Assembly (NCBI GenBank): GCA_037200905.1
Contig: JBBCGN010000001.1
Span: 25,380 to 89,379 of the forward strand
Length of the DNA: 64,000 nt
Direction: 5' to 3'
DNA from: a bacterium
Lineage (GTDB): Bacteria > Patescibacteriota > Minisyncoccia > Phycocordibacterales > UBA9973
Shown piece by piece: positions 22,600 through 33,427 of the stretch (position 1 is the first letter of the stretch; each line of letters begins with the position of its first letter). Under the pieces are notes generated by a model. The model was given only the letters and a program-made list of their open reading frames with translations. It was not told where the DNA came from and made no database searches. A program made the translations under genes and the position numbers.

Positions 22600-22792
22600 A
22601 AAAAACTCGTCCACGTACAACAATCATTCGATTGCTATACAAGGACGAGTTTCTCTCGTGGTACCACCTTGTTTGCTTCTCATTTGCTGGGCTCTACTCG
22701 CCGGCCCCGCCGGTTTTCTTCCCGATGCTCCGAGGTGATAGCCTCTTCAACGCATATGTTTATAGAATATAGAAAATGGCAGACTTTTGCAA
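22600..22792 (-). ncRNA. T-box riboswitch leader upstream of ileS, with its own promoter
   Basis: On the minus strand: TTGCAA-N17-TATTCT, then Stem I, then the T-box box AAACAAGGTGGTACCACGAG (plus 22676-22653), then the terminator CTCGTCC...GGACGAG + TTTTTT (plus 22649-22600). Confidence 0.75.
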
Positions 22793-22793
22793 C

Positions 22794-24492
22794 CTACATT
22801 TTCTCCGGCGTTTCGATGCCAAGGAGATAGAGGCCGTTCTTCATGGTCTCGCGGAATGCTTGCACGAGGGCCACGCGATATGGCGCGTGGATATCTTCTT
22901 TGTTCACTATCTGGGTATTGCCATAAAAAGTATTGAAGGCGCTCGCAAGTTCGATCAGATATGTAGCGACATGATGCGGCTCAAGAGTTTCATGGGTATA
23001 CACCACGATTTCCGGGAACTGATAGAGCATGTGCTCAAGCACTGTCGCCTCGCTCGGCGCTTTTGCAAAGCCGGGAACGATGCCTTCAGCCTGAGCTTTC
23101 TTCAAGATGCTTCCCGCGCGCACGGCCGTGTATTGGAGATACGGGCCGGAATCGCCTTCGAAGGAAATGGATTTCTCGAAATCGTAAATGATGTCGCCCA
23201 TGAGCGATGAGCGCAGAATGGAATATTTCACTGCCGCAACGCCGACAATCTTCGCAATGGCGTCTTTTTCTTCCTGCGACAGTTCGCGCCCTTTCACCTT
23301 TTCATGGATCAGCTCCATAGAATCGTTCAAGAGCGATTCTCCCGTGACCACATTGCCTTTTCGCGAAGACATCTTGCCCGAAGCGAACTTCATCATGCCG
23401 TGGGTAACATGCTTCATCCGTGATTCATAATCGGGATTAATGAGGGAAACGGCTTTCTGCACCACTTTCATGTATTCGCCCTGCTCGATGGCGGTGACGA
23501 TGATAGACGTGTCCGGGTTTTCTTTCTCGAATTTCGTCACCGTCAGCCCTAACTCTTTCGTCTCGTACGTCGGCAAGCCCTTGCTGGTGACAAACACTCT
23601 CGTATGAAGCTTCGGATCGTGATTTTCAGCATGAAAAACGATGGCGCCGTCCGAATCTTCAAAAACTTTAGGAGTATTCTCTTTGACGATCTCCATGCCG
23701 ATAGGAGCCATTTCTGATTCGAAGAAATAATGATTGAACTTTGTGCCGAGCAATTTATAGATCTCTTCGAAGGCGTCGAGCGTCACTTGCTTGCCCCAAT
23801 CGTAGACGGTGTTCACCTCCTCGTCGCTCTTGTCGTAGACTTTCTTGTTGATGCTGTCTATTTCTTCCTTGGCGGCAGGATCATTCTCGTAGGCATCGCT
23901 GCCGCGGGCGTACTGCTCGCCGATCCACAGCGCGGATTTTCCCGCGAACGGAACGCCGGCATGCAGGATGCCCCAGATGGCCTTGGCCACGTGCGGACCG
24001 ACATCGCCTTGATAGTTTGCACGAATTGTTTTCGCGCCGGAATATTCAAAAATACGAGCAATAGATTCACCGATAGCATTCGTCATCAAGTGGCCGATGT
24101 GAAACGGCCTTGAAAGGATTCGGGTCAGTGTACTCAACCATGATTTTCTTGCCAGCTGAAATATCGCTCTTACCCCAATCCTCCTTTTGTTTTAAAATTT
24201 CCGCAATTGCATCTGAGAAAAATTTGCGAGACATGTAGAAATTAATAAATCCAGCACCGGCGATTTCTACTTTCTCTATCTCTGCTGGCAGTCTACTATC
24301 TAACTGTTCTTTTAGCTTTCCTGCGAGTTCTTTCGGGTTTGTCTTTAAATTCTTCGCGAGCGCCAATGCGACATTTGTAGAATAATCGCCGTTCTGTAAT
24401 TCTTCCGGATGTTCCACGATAAAATCGCCCTCTTCTATGCCGAGGTTTAAGAGCGCTGTTTTTATGAGAGCTATGATTGCGTCTTTAGTCAT
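22794..24492 (-). CDS. argS: arginyl-tRNA synthetase (one frameshift near 24100)
   Basis: N-terminal Arg_tRNA_synt_N domain in 24067..24492. The catalytic core has HIGH (FHIGHLMTNAIG). Confidence 0.85.
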
Positions 24493-24917
24493 TAGTTTAT
24501 ACCAGTACTCCCTTCCCGCCCTTCACCTCTTGAAGTATCAGAGAGCTCTGATACTTCTACAATATCACAATCTTCAAATTTTTGGATAAGCATCTGGGTA
24601 AACTTTTGACCTTTTTCTATCGTCTGAACCTCGCTTGAAAGATTTACCATAGATGCCACGAACTCTCCGCGAAAACTGCTATCAATAACTCCACCCATTA
24701 CCTTTAAGCCGCATTTAAAGGAAATACCAGATTTGTCCCAAACTAGGCCAACATGACCTTCAGGTATCTCAAATGCGATACCAGTATGAATTCGTTTTTG
24801 TTCTCCAGGTTGAAAAACCACCTCTTCTGATGCGTATATATCCATACCCGCGTCGCCAACATGACCTTTTGTCGGCAGTCTTGCATCAGCATTCAGTTTT
24901 TTAACTTTTAGTTCCAT
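24492..24917 (-). CDS. dut: dUTP diphosphatase
   Basis: GHVGDAGMDIYA ... GVIDSSFRGEF motifs. Confidence 0.8.
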   Translation of the reverse strand: MELKVKKLNADARLPTKGHVGDAGMDIYASEEVVFQPGEQKRIHTGIAFEIPEGHVGLVWDKSGISFKCGLKVMGGVIDSSFRGEFVASMVNLSSEVQTIEKGQKFTQMLIQKFEDCDIVEVSELSDTSRGEGREGSTGIN

Positions 24918-25612
24918 TACTTCAATACCTTTTTTACTTGTTTATAAATTTCTTCGTGAATCGCTTCACGCGGCAACAATACATCCTTGGGAGCACATTC
25001 AATTTTTGCATAATACTTTTGTGTTTTTGAAAGCCAAAGACCCGCATTCGCAGAATTAGTCAGATATTCTATATCCCCTTCAACGATATCTTTCTTTTTG
25101 CTCGTATAGGCGCGCGATGTTTGCTTGTTGCGCTCTTTAATCAATCTTAAAATCACTTTCATTGGCACGCGCAGATAAAACACGACATCTGGTCTCGGAA
25201 TTTTAAACACTCCATATTCCATCTCATCGAGCCATTCGATAAATGCTTTACGTTTACTGGCATTTTTGATCTTACCGCCTTGATGGATTTGATTTGCGCT
25301 GACATAACGATTCGCAATCACGATATACCCCTTATCCAGCCAGCCAGCCAGTTTTTCTTTTGTTTCAAATCTATCTGCAGCGTACAACACTGAAGCTATT
25401 TTCGGATGCACGTGCAGAAAGTTGTAATATTGCTCGGTCAAACAGTGTCCGATAAACTTACCAAAAAAGTTGTCATAGTACTCAGGGAAATCTACCATCT
25501 TTACCGTATGCCCTTCTTTTTGCAAACGCTTCATCAAGAGATTAACTTGTGTCGCCTTGCCACTTCCGTCAGTACCGTCTATGACTATCAGTCTGCCTTT
25601 TTTCTTTTTCAT
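24917..25612 (-). CDS. tmk: thymidylate kinase-like (dTMP kinase)
   Basis: P-loop LIVIDGTDGSGKATQ. The likely start is MKKKKG. Confidence 0.7.
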   Translation of the reverse strand: MKKKKGRLIVIDGTDGSGKATQVNLLMKRLQKEGHTVKMVDFPEYYDNFFGKFIGHCLTEQYYNFLHVHPKIASVLYAADRFETKEKLAGWLDKGYIVIANRYVSANQIHQGGKIKNASKRKAFIEWLDEMEYGVFKIPRPDVVFYLRVPMKVILRLIKERNKQTSRAYTSKKKDIVEGDIEYLTNSANAGLWLSKTQKYYAKIECAPKDVLLPREAIHEEIYKQVKKVLK

Positions 25613-25613
25613 G

Positions 25614-25982
25614 CTAGAAATCCTCCCTGATGAATTCATCGGCCTCTTCCAAGATCTGCTCGAGCTCTGCGACGCTCTTGAAATCCCTGACTCTCGCTAT
25701 CAGATCGTCATGGATCGATATCGCCTGCTGGTATGCCTCATCTGCGGCGATCTGAGGCGAAAGCGCCATAGTGCGCCTGGCGAGATATTCGGCGAACGGC
25801 AGATACTCCAGTTCCCGGTTCCGCGCCTGCAGCTCTTCCAGCGAGAGGCCTTTTTCCCTGAGATCGAAGCCGATGGCGAAAAATTGATTCTTGGCATCGG
25901 CAAATTCGTATCGGAATTTCTCATCCGTATCGATCACCCTCGGCCCTCTTTCGTTTGGTGCGGGATTGCCTTCCATGGTCAT
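25614..25982 (-). CDS. hypothetical protein (122 aa)
   Basis: ORF overlapping its neighbour by ATGA, in the glyA..tmk operon. I recognise no motif. Confidence 0.5.
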   Translation of the reverse strand: MTMEGNPAPNERGPRVIDTDEKFRYEFADAKNQFFAIGFDLREKGLSLEELQARNRELEYLPFAEYLARRTMALSPQIAADEAYQQAISIHDDLIARVRDFKSVAELEQILEEADEFIREDF

Positions 25983-26359
25983 GCGGCGTGAGCCTTGTTA
26001 AAAAGTTCTCGGACATCTTTCATGATCAGGTCCAGCTCCCTCTTGCCCGTGAACCGCTTCAAGTCCCTGACGAGCTTGTTGTACGTCTCGATCTCTTGCT
26101 CGTATTCGGATAATATTTTTTGAGAGATATAGTGATGCTGCTTGTCGCCCAGATAGATCAGGAGCGGAGACAGGCCCTGAGCCATGCTCTTTATCCCTTC
26201 GATGCTTCCGCCCGCCTCATACACGCTCTCGATGCCTGCAAATTGACTGTGAGCTTCTGCAAAAAAATGCCAGAAGGCTTCGGGCGTCTCAGCCAGATCT
26301 TTGTCCGGCTCCGCATCATTCCTTTCTTCGGCTTTCGAAAGCTTATTGAAATTAAACAT
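25979..26359 (-). CDS. hypothetical protein (126 aa)
   Basis: ORF immediately downstream of glyA. No recognisable motif. Confidence 0.5.
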   Translation of the reverse strand: MFNFNKLSKAEERNDAEPDKDLAETPEAFWHFFAEAHSQFAGIESVYEAGGSIEGIKSMAQGLSPLLIYLGDKQHHYISQKILSEYEQEIETYNKLVRDLKRFTGKRELDLIMKDVRELFNKAHAA

Positions 26360-26363
26360 ATAT

Positions 26364-27608
26364 TTATGCGAAATGCTCCGGTATCGGGAACTTAGTTGCT
26401 AATGCTTTTATTTTTGCTTTTATCTCTGCTTTCTTCGCTGCATCATCTTTGTTCTTGAGTGTTTCGATCATGAGCTCTGCTACTTCCGCACAATCGGCCT
26501 CCTTGAAACCGCGAGTAGTGATGGCCGGCGTACCGAAACGGATGCCGGAAGGATCAAGAGGCTTGCGCGTATCATTAGCGATCGAGTTCATATTCAAAGT
26601 GATTCCTACTTCATCAAGCACTGTCTGCGCAACTTTCCCTGTGACGCCGAGCGAACCGAACACGTCGGCCAGTATCAGATGATTGTCCGTGCCGCCGCCG
26701 ATCATGCGGATATTATTCTTTCGGAGAACTTCTTCCATGGCTTTGGCGTTCTTGAGGACCTGTTCTGCATATTCTTTAAAAGCCGGAGTGGCTGCCTCGC
26801 CAAAAGCTACGGCTTTGGCCGCCACGATATGCATGTGCGGACCGCCCTGGATGCCCGGGAAAATGGCCTTGTCGATCTTCTTCGCCAGCTCTTCGCTCTC
26901 GCGAGTCAGTATCAGTCCCCCGCGCGGGCCGCGGAGAGTCTTGTGCGTAGTGGAAGTGATGATGTCGAAACCGTCGTCGAACGGATTGCGCAGCGCGCCT
27001 GCGGCGATCAGTCCGGCGATGTGCGCCATGTCAGCGACGGTGATTGCTCCGACCTCTTTGGCAATATCCACGAATTTCTTGTAATCGAGCGTGCGGGAAT
27101 ATGCGGAGAATCCGGCGAGAATTATTTTCGGCTTCTTTTCTATCGCTACGCGGCGCAGTTCTTCATAATCGATTTCTCCCGTTTCCGGATCCTTCATCTT
27201 GTACGTGACAAAATTATAAATCTTGGCTGGCAGAGTCATCGGGTGTCCGTGGGTGAGATGTCCGCCGTGAGAGAGATCCATGCCGAGCACGGTATCGCCC
27301 GGTTCGAGCAGCGCTGCATAGACTGCGAGGTTGGCAGGAGCGCCGGAGTGCGGCTGGACGTTGGCGAACTTGCATTTGAACAGCCCGCAAGCGCGCTCGA
27401 TAGCCAGACGTTCGAGCGGATCGGTAAATTCCTGCCCGCCATAATAGCGTTTGCCCGGGTAGCCTTCGGAATATTTATTGGTAAATATGGAGCCGTTCGC
27501 CTCGAGCACGTCGTGCGAGACGTAATTTTCGGACGGTATCAGCTCTAGGCCGTCGCGCTGCCTTTCCGCTTCCCCTTGTATCAGTTTTGCGACTTCGGAG
27601 TCATTCAT
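26364..27608 (-). CDS. glyA: serine hydroxymethyltransferase
   Basis: LELIPSENYVS ... the PLP-lysine region HKTLRGPRGG. Confidence 0.95.
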   Translation of the reverse strand: MNDSEVAKLIQGEAERQRDGLELIPSENYVSHDVLEANGSIFTNKYSEGYPGKRYYGGQEFTDPLERLAIERACGLFKCKFANVQPHSGAPANLAVYAALLEPGDTVLGMDLSHGGHLTHGHPMTLPAKIYNFVTYKMKDPETGEIDYEELRRVAIEKKPKIILAGFSAYSRTLDYKKFVDIAKEVGAITVADMAHIAGLIAAGALRNPFDDGFDIITSTTHKTLRGPRGGLILTRESEELAKKIDKAIFPGIQGGPHMHIVAAKAVAFGEAATPAFKEYAEQVLKNAKAMEEVLRKNNIRMIGGGTDNHLILADVFGSLGVTGKVAQTVLDEVGITLNMNSIANDTRKPLDPSGIRFGTPAITTRGFKEADCAEVAELMIETLKNKDDAAKKAEIKAKIKALATKFPIPEHFA

Positions 27609-27637
27609 GCCTCTATGATATCACAGCCGCTCCGTAC

Positions 27638-28519
27638 TCATCTGTGGAATGAAAAGTCCGCATTCTGGCCGTCCGATTTGAGGATGATATTGCCTACAAG
27701 GTCTGTCCGGAGAATCTGCACGCCGAACTGTCCGAGAGTGTCGAGGGTCTCCTGATGCGGGTGGCCGTACTTGTTGTCCCGGCCGTCGGATATGACAGCG
27801 TAGGTCGGATTGACGGCCTGCACGAAGTCCGGAGAGGTAGAGGTGCGCGACCCATGATGCCCGACTTTGAGTATCGTGCTATGCAGCGCTGCTACAGAGT
27901 TTTCAGAGAGAAGTATCTTTTCTGTTTCGGCAGTGGCGTCGCCGGTGAGCATGATAGAAGTAGTGCCGTATGTGAGCTTCGCCATGATCGAGCCGTCATT
28001 GGTGGTCCACGTAGACACGTCGCGATCCGGAAAGAGAACATCGACGACTGCGCCGCCGCCCATGTCGATGCGCATGCCGCGCCGCGCGATCGTATCGGGA
28101 ATATTTTTTTCTTTTACAGCCGTTTCGATGCTCTGATAGATCTTGGATTCGTTGAACGTGCCCGGCTCGAAGACTTGTCCGACTTTGTATGACTTCAAGA
28201 CATCCGCAAAGCCGGCGATGTGGTCTTGGTCCGGGTTGGTGATCATGATGGCATCAATCTTCTTATCGAAGAACGGCATCATTTTCGGCAGCTGTTTCAT
28301 GAGCTGGCCCGGCGGCCCGCCATCGACGAGCATCTGGGTACCGGTCGGCGACTCGATATAGAGGGCATCGCCTTGGCCGATGTCGAGCATGGCAAAGGTC
28401 AGCTTCCGGTGCTCGGTCCGCCAGATGAGCCAGAAAATATAGATATTCAGGAAAAGGAGCAGAAAATACGAGGCTATGATCCAGTATTTATTGAAAGATA
28501 TCTCCCTCTCGTTCGGCAT
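27638..28519 (-). CDS. membrane-anchored MBL-fold metallo-hydrolase (ComEC C-terminal-domain-like, stand-alone)
   Basis: N-terminal TM helix, then LDIGQGDALYIE...ITNPDQDHIAG...VGHHGSR. Confidence 0.75.
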   Translation of the reverse strand: MPNEREISFNKYWIIASYFLLLFLNIYIFWLIWRTEHRKLTFAMLDIGQGDALYIESPTGTQMLVDGGPPGQLMKQLPKMMPFFDKKIDAIMITNPDQDHIAGFADVLKSYKVGQVFEPGTFNESKIYQSIETAVKEKNIPDTIARRGMRIDMGGGAVVDVLFPDRDVSTWTTNDGSIMAKLTYGTTSIMLTGDATAETEKILLSENSVAALHSTILKVGHHGSRTSTSPDFVQAVNPTYAVISDGRDNKYGHPHQETLDTLGQFGVQILRTDLVGNIILKSDGQNADFSFHR

Positions 28520-28532
28520 GATACAATAGTAG

Positions 28533-29130
28533 CATGGAAAAATTTCAAGAAAAAAAATTCGATATCCCCGAGCTCAAGGGCATCTCGGCCAAGAATATCG
28601 AGGAGCACCTGAAGCTCTATGCCGGTTATGTGAAGAATGCCAATACGATACTGGAGAAGATCGAATGAGTACGCGGCGGACGCGGAAAAGCATGCCTACG
28701 CGCTCGGCGAGATCCAGAGAAGGTTCGGCTTCGAATACAACGGCATGCGCAATCACGAAGTGTATTTCCAATCCCTTTCCGGAGGAGCGAAACCGCTCGC
28801 GGAACGAGAGCGGGCTGAAGAAGGCCATCGCGTCCGAATGGGGCTCGTTCGACGCCTGGCTCGATCGCTTCAAGGCGATCGCTCTGACCCGCGGCATCGG
28901 CTGGGCCATGCTCTACTACGACCGGGAAAGAAGGGCGATTGCTCGCGACGTGGTCGACGAAGCAGCATCTGGGGCAGCTGCAGGACTGCGCCCTCATCCT
29001 CGGCATCGACATGTGGGGAACACGCCTACGTCTACGACTATCCGACGAGCGAGAAGAAAAAATATGTCGAAGCGTTCTTCGAGAACCTGAACTGGGAGGC
29101 CATCGAGGAGAATCTCAAAAACGCGCAATA
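28533..29130 (+). CDS. Fe/Mn superoxide dismutase family protein (2 frameshifts)
   Basis: C-terminal DMWEHAYVYDY..VEAFFENLNWEAIEENL. The N-terminal ligand region is degenerate (EEHLKLYAGYVKNAN in place of HHxKHH). Confidence 0.65.
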
Positions 29131-29140
29131 GCTCCTCGAC

Positions 29141-29180
29141 GAAAAAGCTCTGCACATACTAGTGGAGAGCTTTTGGTGTA
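29141..29180 (+). terminator. terminator after the SOD gene
   Basis: agctct gcacatactagtgg agagct hairpin followed by tttt. Confidence 0.5.
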
Positions 29181-29284
29181 ATCATGGCGCAACGGCTGCC
29201 GGGGAAAGGTGAAAACCTGTATGAGCAAGTGATGGTCGCATATATGGTACTCCTTTCCTTGCGGGAGTCAACAAATAAAAAAAC

Positions 29285-29316
29285 CTCCGCCGGAGCAGAG
29301 GGTTTATGTGAAAGAA
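29285..29316 (-). terminator. terminator downstream of comEC
   Basis: On the minus strand: cctctgc tccg gcggagg followed by ttttttt. Confidence 0.6.
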
Positions 29317-29389
29317 TTTTTTTAATGAGATGACGAATACCTCCTTTTTATTACACGGTTCATAATAATGGGATTTACTTCTGGAGAGA

Positions 29390-30890
29390 TTATAGCGGAA
29401 CGTGGGACTGATTGTCAAAGAAGCGCCTGACGCTCCTGCCGAACATGAAAGAGGACAAACATGCGTATATGAGGAGCGTGGCCCACAACGGGAAATGCTT
29501 TATGGAGAGCGCGGCGAATGGGATTCGAGACAAGATGCCGATGACGCCGAGCTCGTATTTGAGAAAGGCGTAAGAAATGAATCCGAACGGCAGAGCGAGC
29601 ACCTGCCAGACGATTCCCGCGAAGCCGGTGATGAAGCCGAGGAACCATGGTAACGGGCACGAACGGCAGGACGAGAATATTAGCCGGCAAGGCTACGAGC
29701 GACAAGTTGCCCATCTCGTAGAGGATGAACGGCAGGACGAACAGGTACGCGGCCACCGTGACCGAAACGATGTCCCGCAGGCCGAAGCGCGGCGTCACCC
29801 ACAGGAAATATTTCTCGATCTTCGGCGACAAGAACACCACTGCCACGGTAGCGAGGAACGACAGCTGGAACGACACATCATATGCGAGCAGCATGGGATT
29901 GGCGAGTATCATGAGCACTCCGGCAAGGACGAGCGCCCGGCCGATGTCATAGGTGCGGCCGGTTGGCTCGGGCGACGAGAGCAAGCGTTGCCATGATGCC
30001 TGCCCGGATAGCCGTCGAGCTCGCGCCCGTCATGACGATGAAGGAGCGCGATGGCAAACACGCCGGCGCCGATGCCGACGAGGCGCGGCAGGAAGGCGAA
30101 GAGCTTCATGAACATTCGGCCACGATTGCTGACGTTGTAGCCGGAGAGGGCCACGATGTGGATGGTGCCCGTATTCACGAAACTCTGGCGCAGGGCCTTG
30201 TCGAATGAAGACTTTTCTCCCAGGATCAGCCCGCCCATGAGCAGGCTCTCCGGAGCCGGGATGGCGAAATTTATCCTGTCTACGAAAGCATCTTTTGGCG
30301 GCAAAGAGAGCGCTCTTTATCTTGTTACCGTTGCCGCGCGAAATACGCTCGATATCCGGATAGCTCATGACGTAAAATATGCCGTCCTTTTTCAGATAAT
30401 CGATGTAATCGAATTCCTTCCCTTGATCTCCGATAAAATTCTCGGGCTCCTCGAGCTCCCCTTCGAAAGCAATCTTGTCACCGTATTTGAAATCTTGGCC
30501 GAGGCTGGTAGGTGATGAGCACTTGGGTCTTGTCATCGCCGTTCTCGATCTCGACATCAAGAGCTATGTTATTCTCGCGGAACGTGGGTTCGTCCACCAC
30601 CTCGCCGGCGAATGAGGCTTTCTCGCCGAGCTGATTCTCGAATGCGCCAGGCGCGGATTGCGGCACCGCCTGGAAACGCAATGCGGCCGAGCGCGCACAG
30701 GAGGAAAAAGAGCGAACCGGCGATGCCCCAGCGCCACTTCGTGCCGATGAGAAAAATCAAGAAGAGCGAAAGCGAGAGCGCTCCGACGAGGATAACGATA
30801 TACGGATGAGAGATACGAAAGAAGCCAGCAGCACGCCGAAGTGCGCATCCGAAACAAGTACTGTAGAATACTCTGCCCCGCATACCGGAA
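29390..30890 (-). CDS. comEC: competence protein ComEC, DUF4131 plus competence domains only (no fused MBL domain); multiple frameshifts
   Basis: LILGEKSSFDKALRQSFVNTGTIHIVALSGYNVS and the competence TM domain. The DUF4131 N-terminus lies in 30030..30883. Confidence 0.75.
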
Positions 30891-30904
30891 AATGTATTAC
30901 AAAA

Positions 30905-31374
30905 ATATTATTTTGCAAGAGGCACCGGCTCGCCTTCTGCGAAGCTCGTGGCTATCAGATCCGCGCGATCATTGTACTTGTCTTCATTATGGCCTTTCAC
31001 ATAGGTCCATTTCGGCTTGAATTCCTGGTTGAGGATATGCAATTCTTCCCACAATTCTTTGTTGAGCACCGGTTTTCTTGGCGGCGTTGCGCCAATTATT
31101 TTTCATCCAGCCATGAATCCAGTCATTGATGCCGTTGATAACGTATTTGGAATCAGAATAAATTTCAACAGAACCCTGATAATTTATTTTTTTGCAGATA
31201 CTTCATCGCCTCTGTCGGCGCAGTGAGTTCCATCTGATTATTGGTCGCGTGATCTTTTCTCCCGCCAAGCTCATGAGTCTTGTCGCCTGACAGAATAATC
31301 GCTCCCCATCCTGCTTTGCCGGGATTTCCTTTGGCCGCACCGTCTGTATAAATTATCACTGTGTCGTTTTTCAT
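30905..31374 (-). CDS. rnhA: ribonuclease HI (frameshifted)
   Basis: [21 protein letters not shown]...TNNQMELTA. Confidence 0.75.
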
Positions 31375-31377
31375 AGA

Positions 31378-33062
31378 CTAAAGTATATCAAGAATTCTTA
31401 GACGGAGCTCTTCCCTGCCGCGAAAGCGGGAGAGATCGAATGTAGCGAGAACGTTCACAGGCGTTGAAGTCTCGAGCGAAGTGCTGAAAGAATCCATATT
31501 GGAAAAGAATGATACCGCTTTCGCCTTGTGATGTCCTTCATCGGAGAAAAGTATTTCTAAGTGCTCGCCCGAACCGTTCTTGCCGAAAGCCCGGACATTT
31601 TCGATCTTTATATTCTCGAACAGGAATACCGGCTTGGGATTGGCCAGGCCGAAAGGCGCCATCTTCTCTAGTTCGCGCCAGTTTGTCATAGTGCAGAGGC
31701 TGAAGTCGCCGGCAATGTCGGCGTCATTGGTCTTAGATTCGACAGCATGCTTGATATTGCCATACGATTCGGAAAGAGCATCCTCGAGAAAATGAATCTT
31801 GTCGGGATGAACAGTAAAGCCGCCAGCCAGTTCATGTCCGCCGAATTCCATAAAAGAATCGCTTGAGGCATTCATGAGTTCCACGACAGATACCGAGCCG
31901 TCGCTGCGGCACGAGCCCTTGATAGCATCATTCTCATCTTTGCCCCAGACGAATGCCGGCTTCTTATAAAGATCGCAGAGCTTTCCCGCTACCAATCCGA
32001 GCACGCCGACGCGCCATTCCGGATTCCCGACGACGATGACAGCCTTCATTTCCCTGATGCCGAACTTTTTATTCACGTCTTTCATGATAGCGGCAACGAT
32101 TTTCTTGCGATCATCATTTATCTTCGACAGGTGATTTGCCAATCTATCAGCATCTTCATCGTTCTCGGTAGAAAGCAATTCATAGGCCCGGAGCGGATCA
32201 TCCATTCGCGAAGCGGCGTTGAGCCGGGGCGTAAGCATGAAGCCGATGTCGTCTTCGGAGAGATACTGCTGCTCGATGCTCATCTTCTTCAAGAGTTTCT
32301 GCAGTCCTTTGCGCGGAGATTTGCGCATGGACCTTCATGCCGAAGTGGGCGATAGTCCTGTTCTCTCCGGTGAGCGGCACCATGTCGGAAAGCGTTCCGA
32401 GCCCCGCCATGTCGAGCATCCATTTTTCCGCGCCGGCCTTTATCTTGAAATATTCTCCGTATTTTTTTATGAAGCCTTGAGCGAATTTGAAAGGAATTTG
32501 AAAGCAACGCCCGAGCCGCAGAGCATCTTTCAGGATAATCGTCGGTCTTCGGATTGAGTACGGCGAAGGCACGAGGCAATTCGCCGGCGGCAAATGGTGA
32601 TCGGTGATGATGACATCCATACCGTCTACTGTTGCCTGAGCCACTTCTTCCACCGCCGTGATGCCAAGGTCGACAGTGATGATGAGCTTCACGCCGCTCT
32701 CGGCAAATTGCTTTATGGCAGTGAGATTCAGGCCATATCCTTCAGAAATTGCGCTTAGGAATATAAATCTCATAGTTCTTATAACCGGTTTTCTTGAGCA
32801 AATCTTCGAGAATGACCGCTCCCGGGATGCCGTCGCAGTCATAATCGGCATAAATGACGACCTTCTGATTGTTTTCGATAGCCTCGTAGAGCCGCACGCA
32901 GGCACGCTCCATGTCGCGCATGAGAAATGGATCGTGCAGGCCCTTTTCGTAATCGGGATTGAGAAAGAGATCGGCTTCTGCCACGTCGGTGATGCCCCGC
33001 TTGGCCAGTATTTTCTGCAGCAGCTCCGCGTATTTTTGCATAACTCGAATTTTAGCATACAA
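31378..33062 (-). CDS. recJ: single-stranded-DNA-specific exonuclease RecJ (frameshifted)
   Basis: VVIYADYDCDGIPGAVIL, IITDHH (DHH motif), and a DHHA1 C-terminal domain. Confidence 0.85.
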
Positions 33063-33073
33063 TAGAGAAAGTT

Positions 33074-33427
33074 ATGGATAACTGCATTTTCTGCAAAATA
33101 ATAAAGGGCGAAATACCGAGCTACAAGGTCTACGAAGATTCTGATTTCTTCGCTTTCCTCGACATTCACCCCAGAGGAGCGGGCCATGTGCAGGTCATCC
33201 CGAAGACTCACCATAGATACGTATGGGATGTGCCGAACGCCGGCGCATACTTCGAAGTCGTAAAAAAAATAGCCCTCGCACAGAAGAAGGCTTTCAATAC
33301 CGATATGGTGCGCAGCCAGATATACGGCGAAGAAGTGCCTCATGCCCACATCTGGGTCTGGCCGGAGGCCGAAGGAAACCGAGAAGCATTCGAAGAGAAC
33401 GCGCAAAAGATTACTCAAGCCCTTTGA
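33074..33427 (+). CDS. HIT-family protein
   Basis: CIFCKII...HPRGAGHVQVIPK histidine-triad region. Confidence 0.75.
   Translation: MDNCIFCKIIKGEIPSYKVYEDSDFFAFLDIHPRGAGHVQVIPKTHHRYVWDVPNAGAYFEVVKKIALAQKKAFNTDMVRSQIYGEEVPHAHIWVWPEAEGNREAFEENAQKITQAL

Noticed and set aside
29181-29284. Possible small RNA (the region contains cccgcaaggaaagga, faintly SRP-RNA-like)
   Set aside because: No convincing match to SRP or 6S conserved motifs, and no clear hairpins beyond the flanking terminators.
29182-29418. 78-aa minus-strand ORF between the SOD gene and comEC
   Set aside because: It spans the comEC terminator hairpin and T-run. Only a 19-codon tail with a strong AAGGAAAGGAG SD is plausible, and it has no support.
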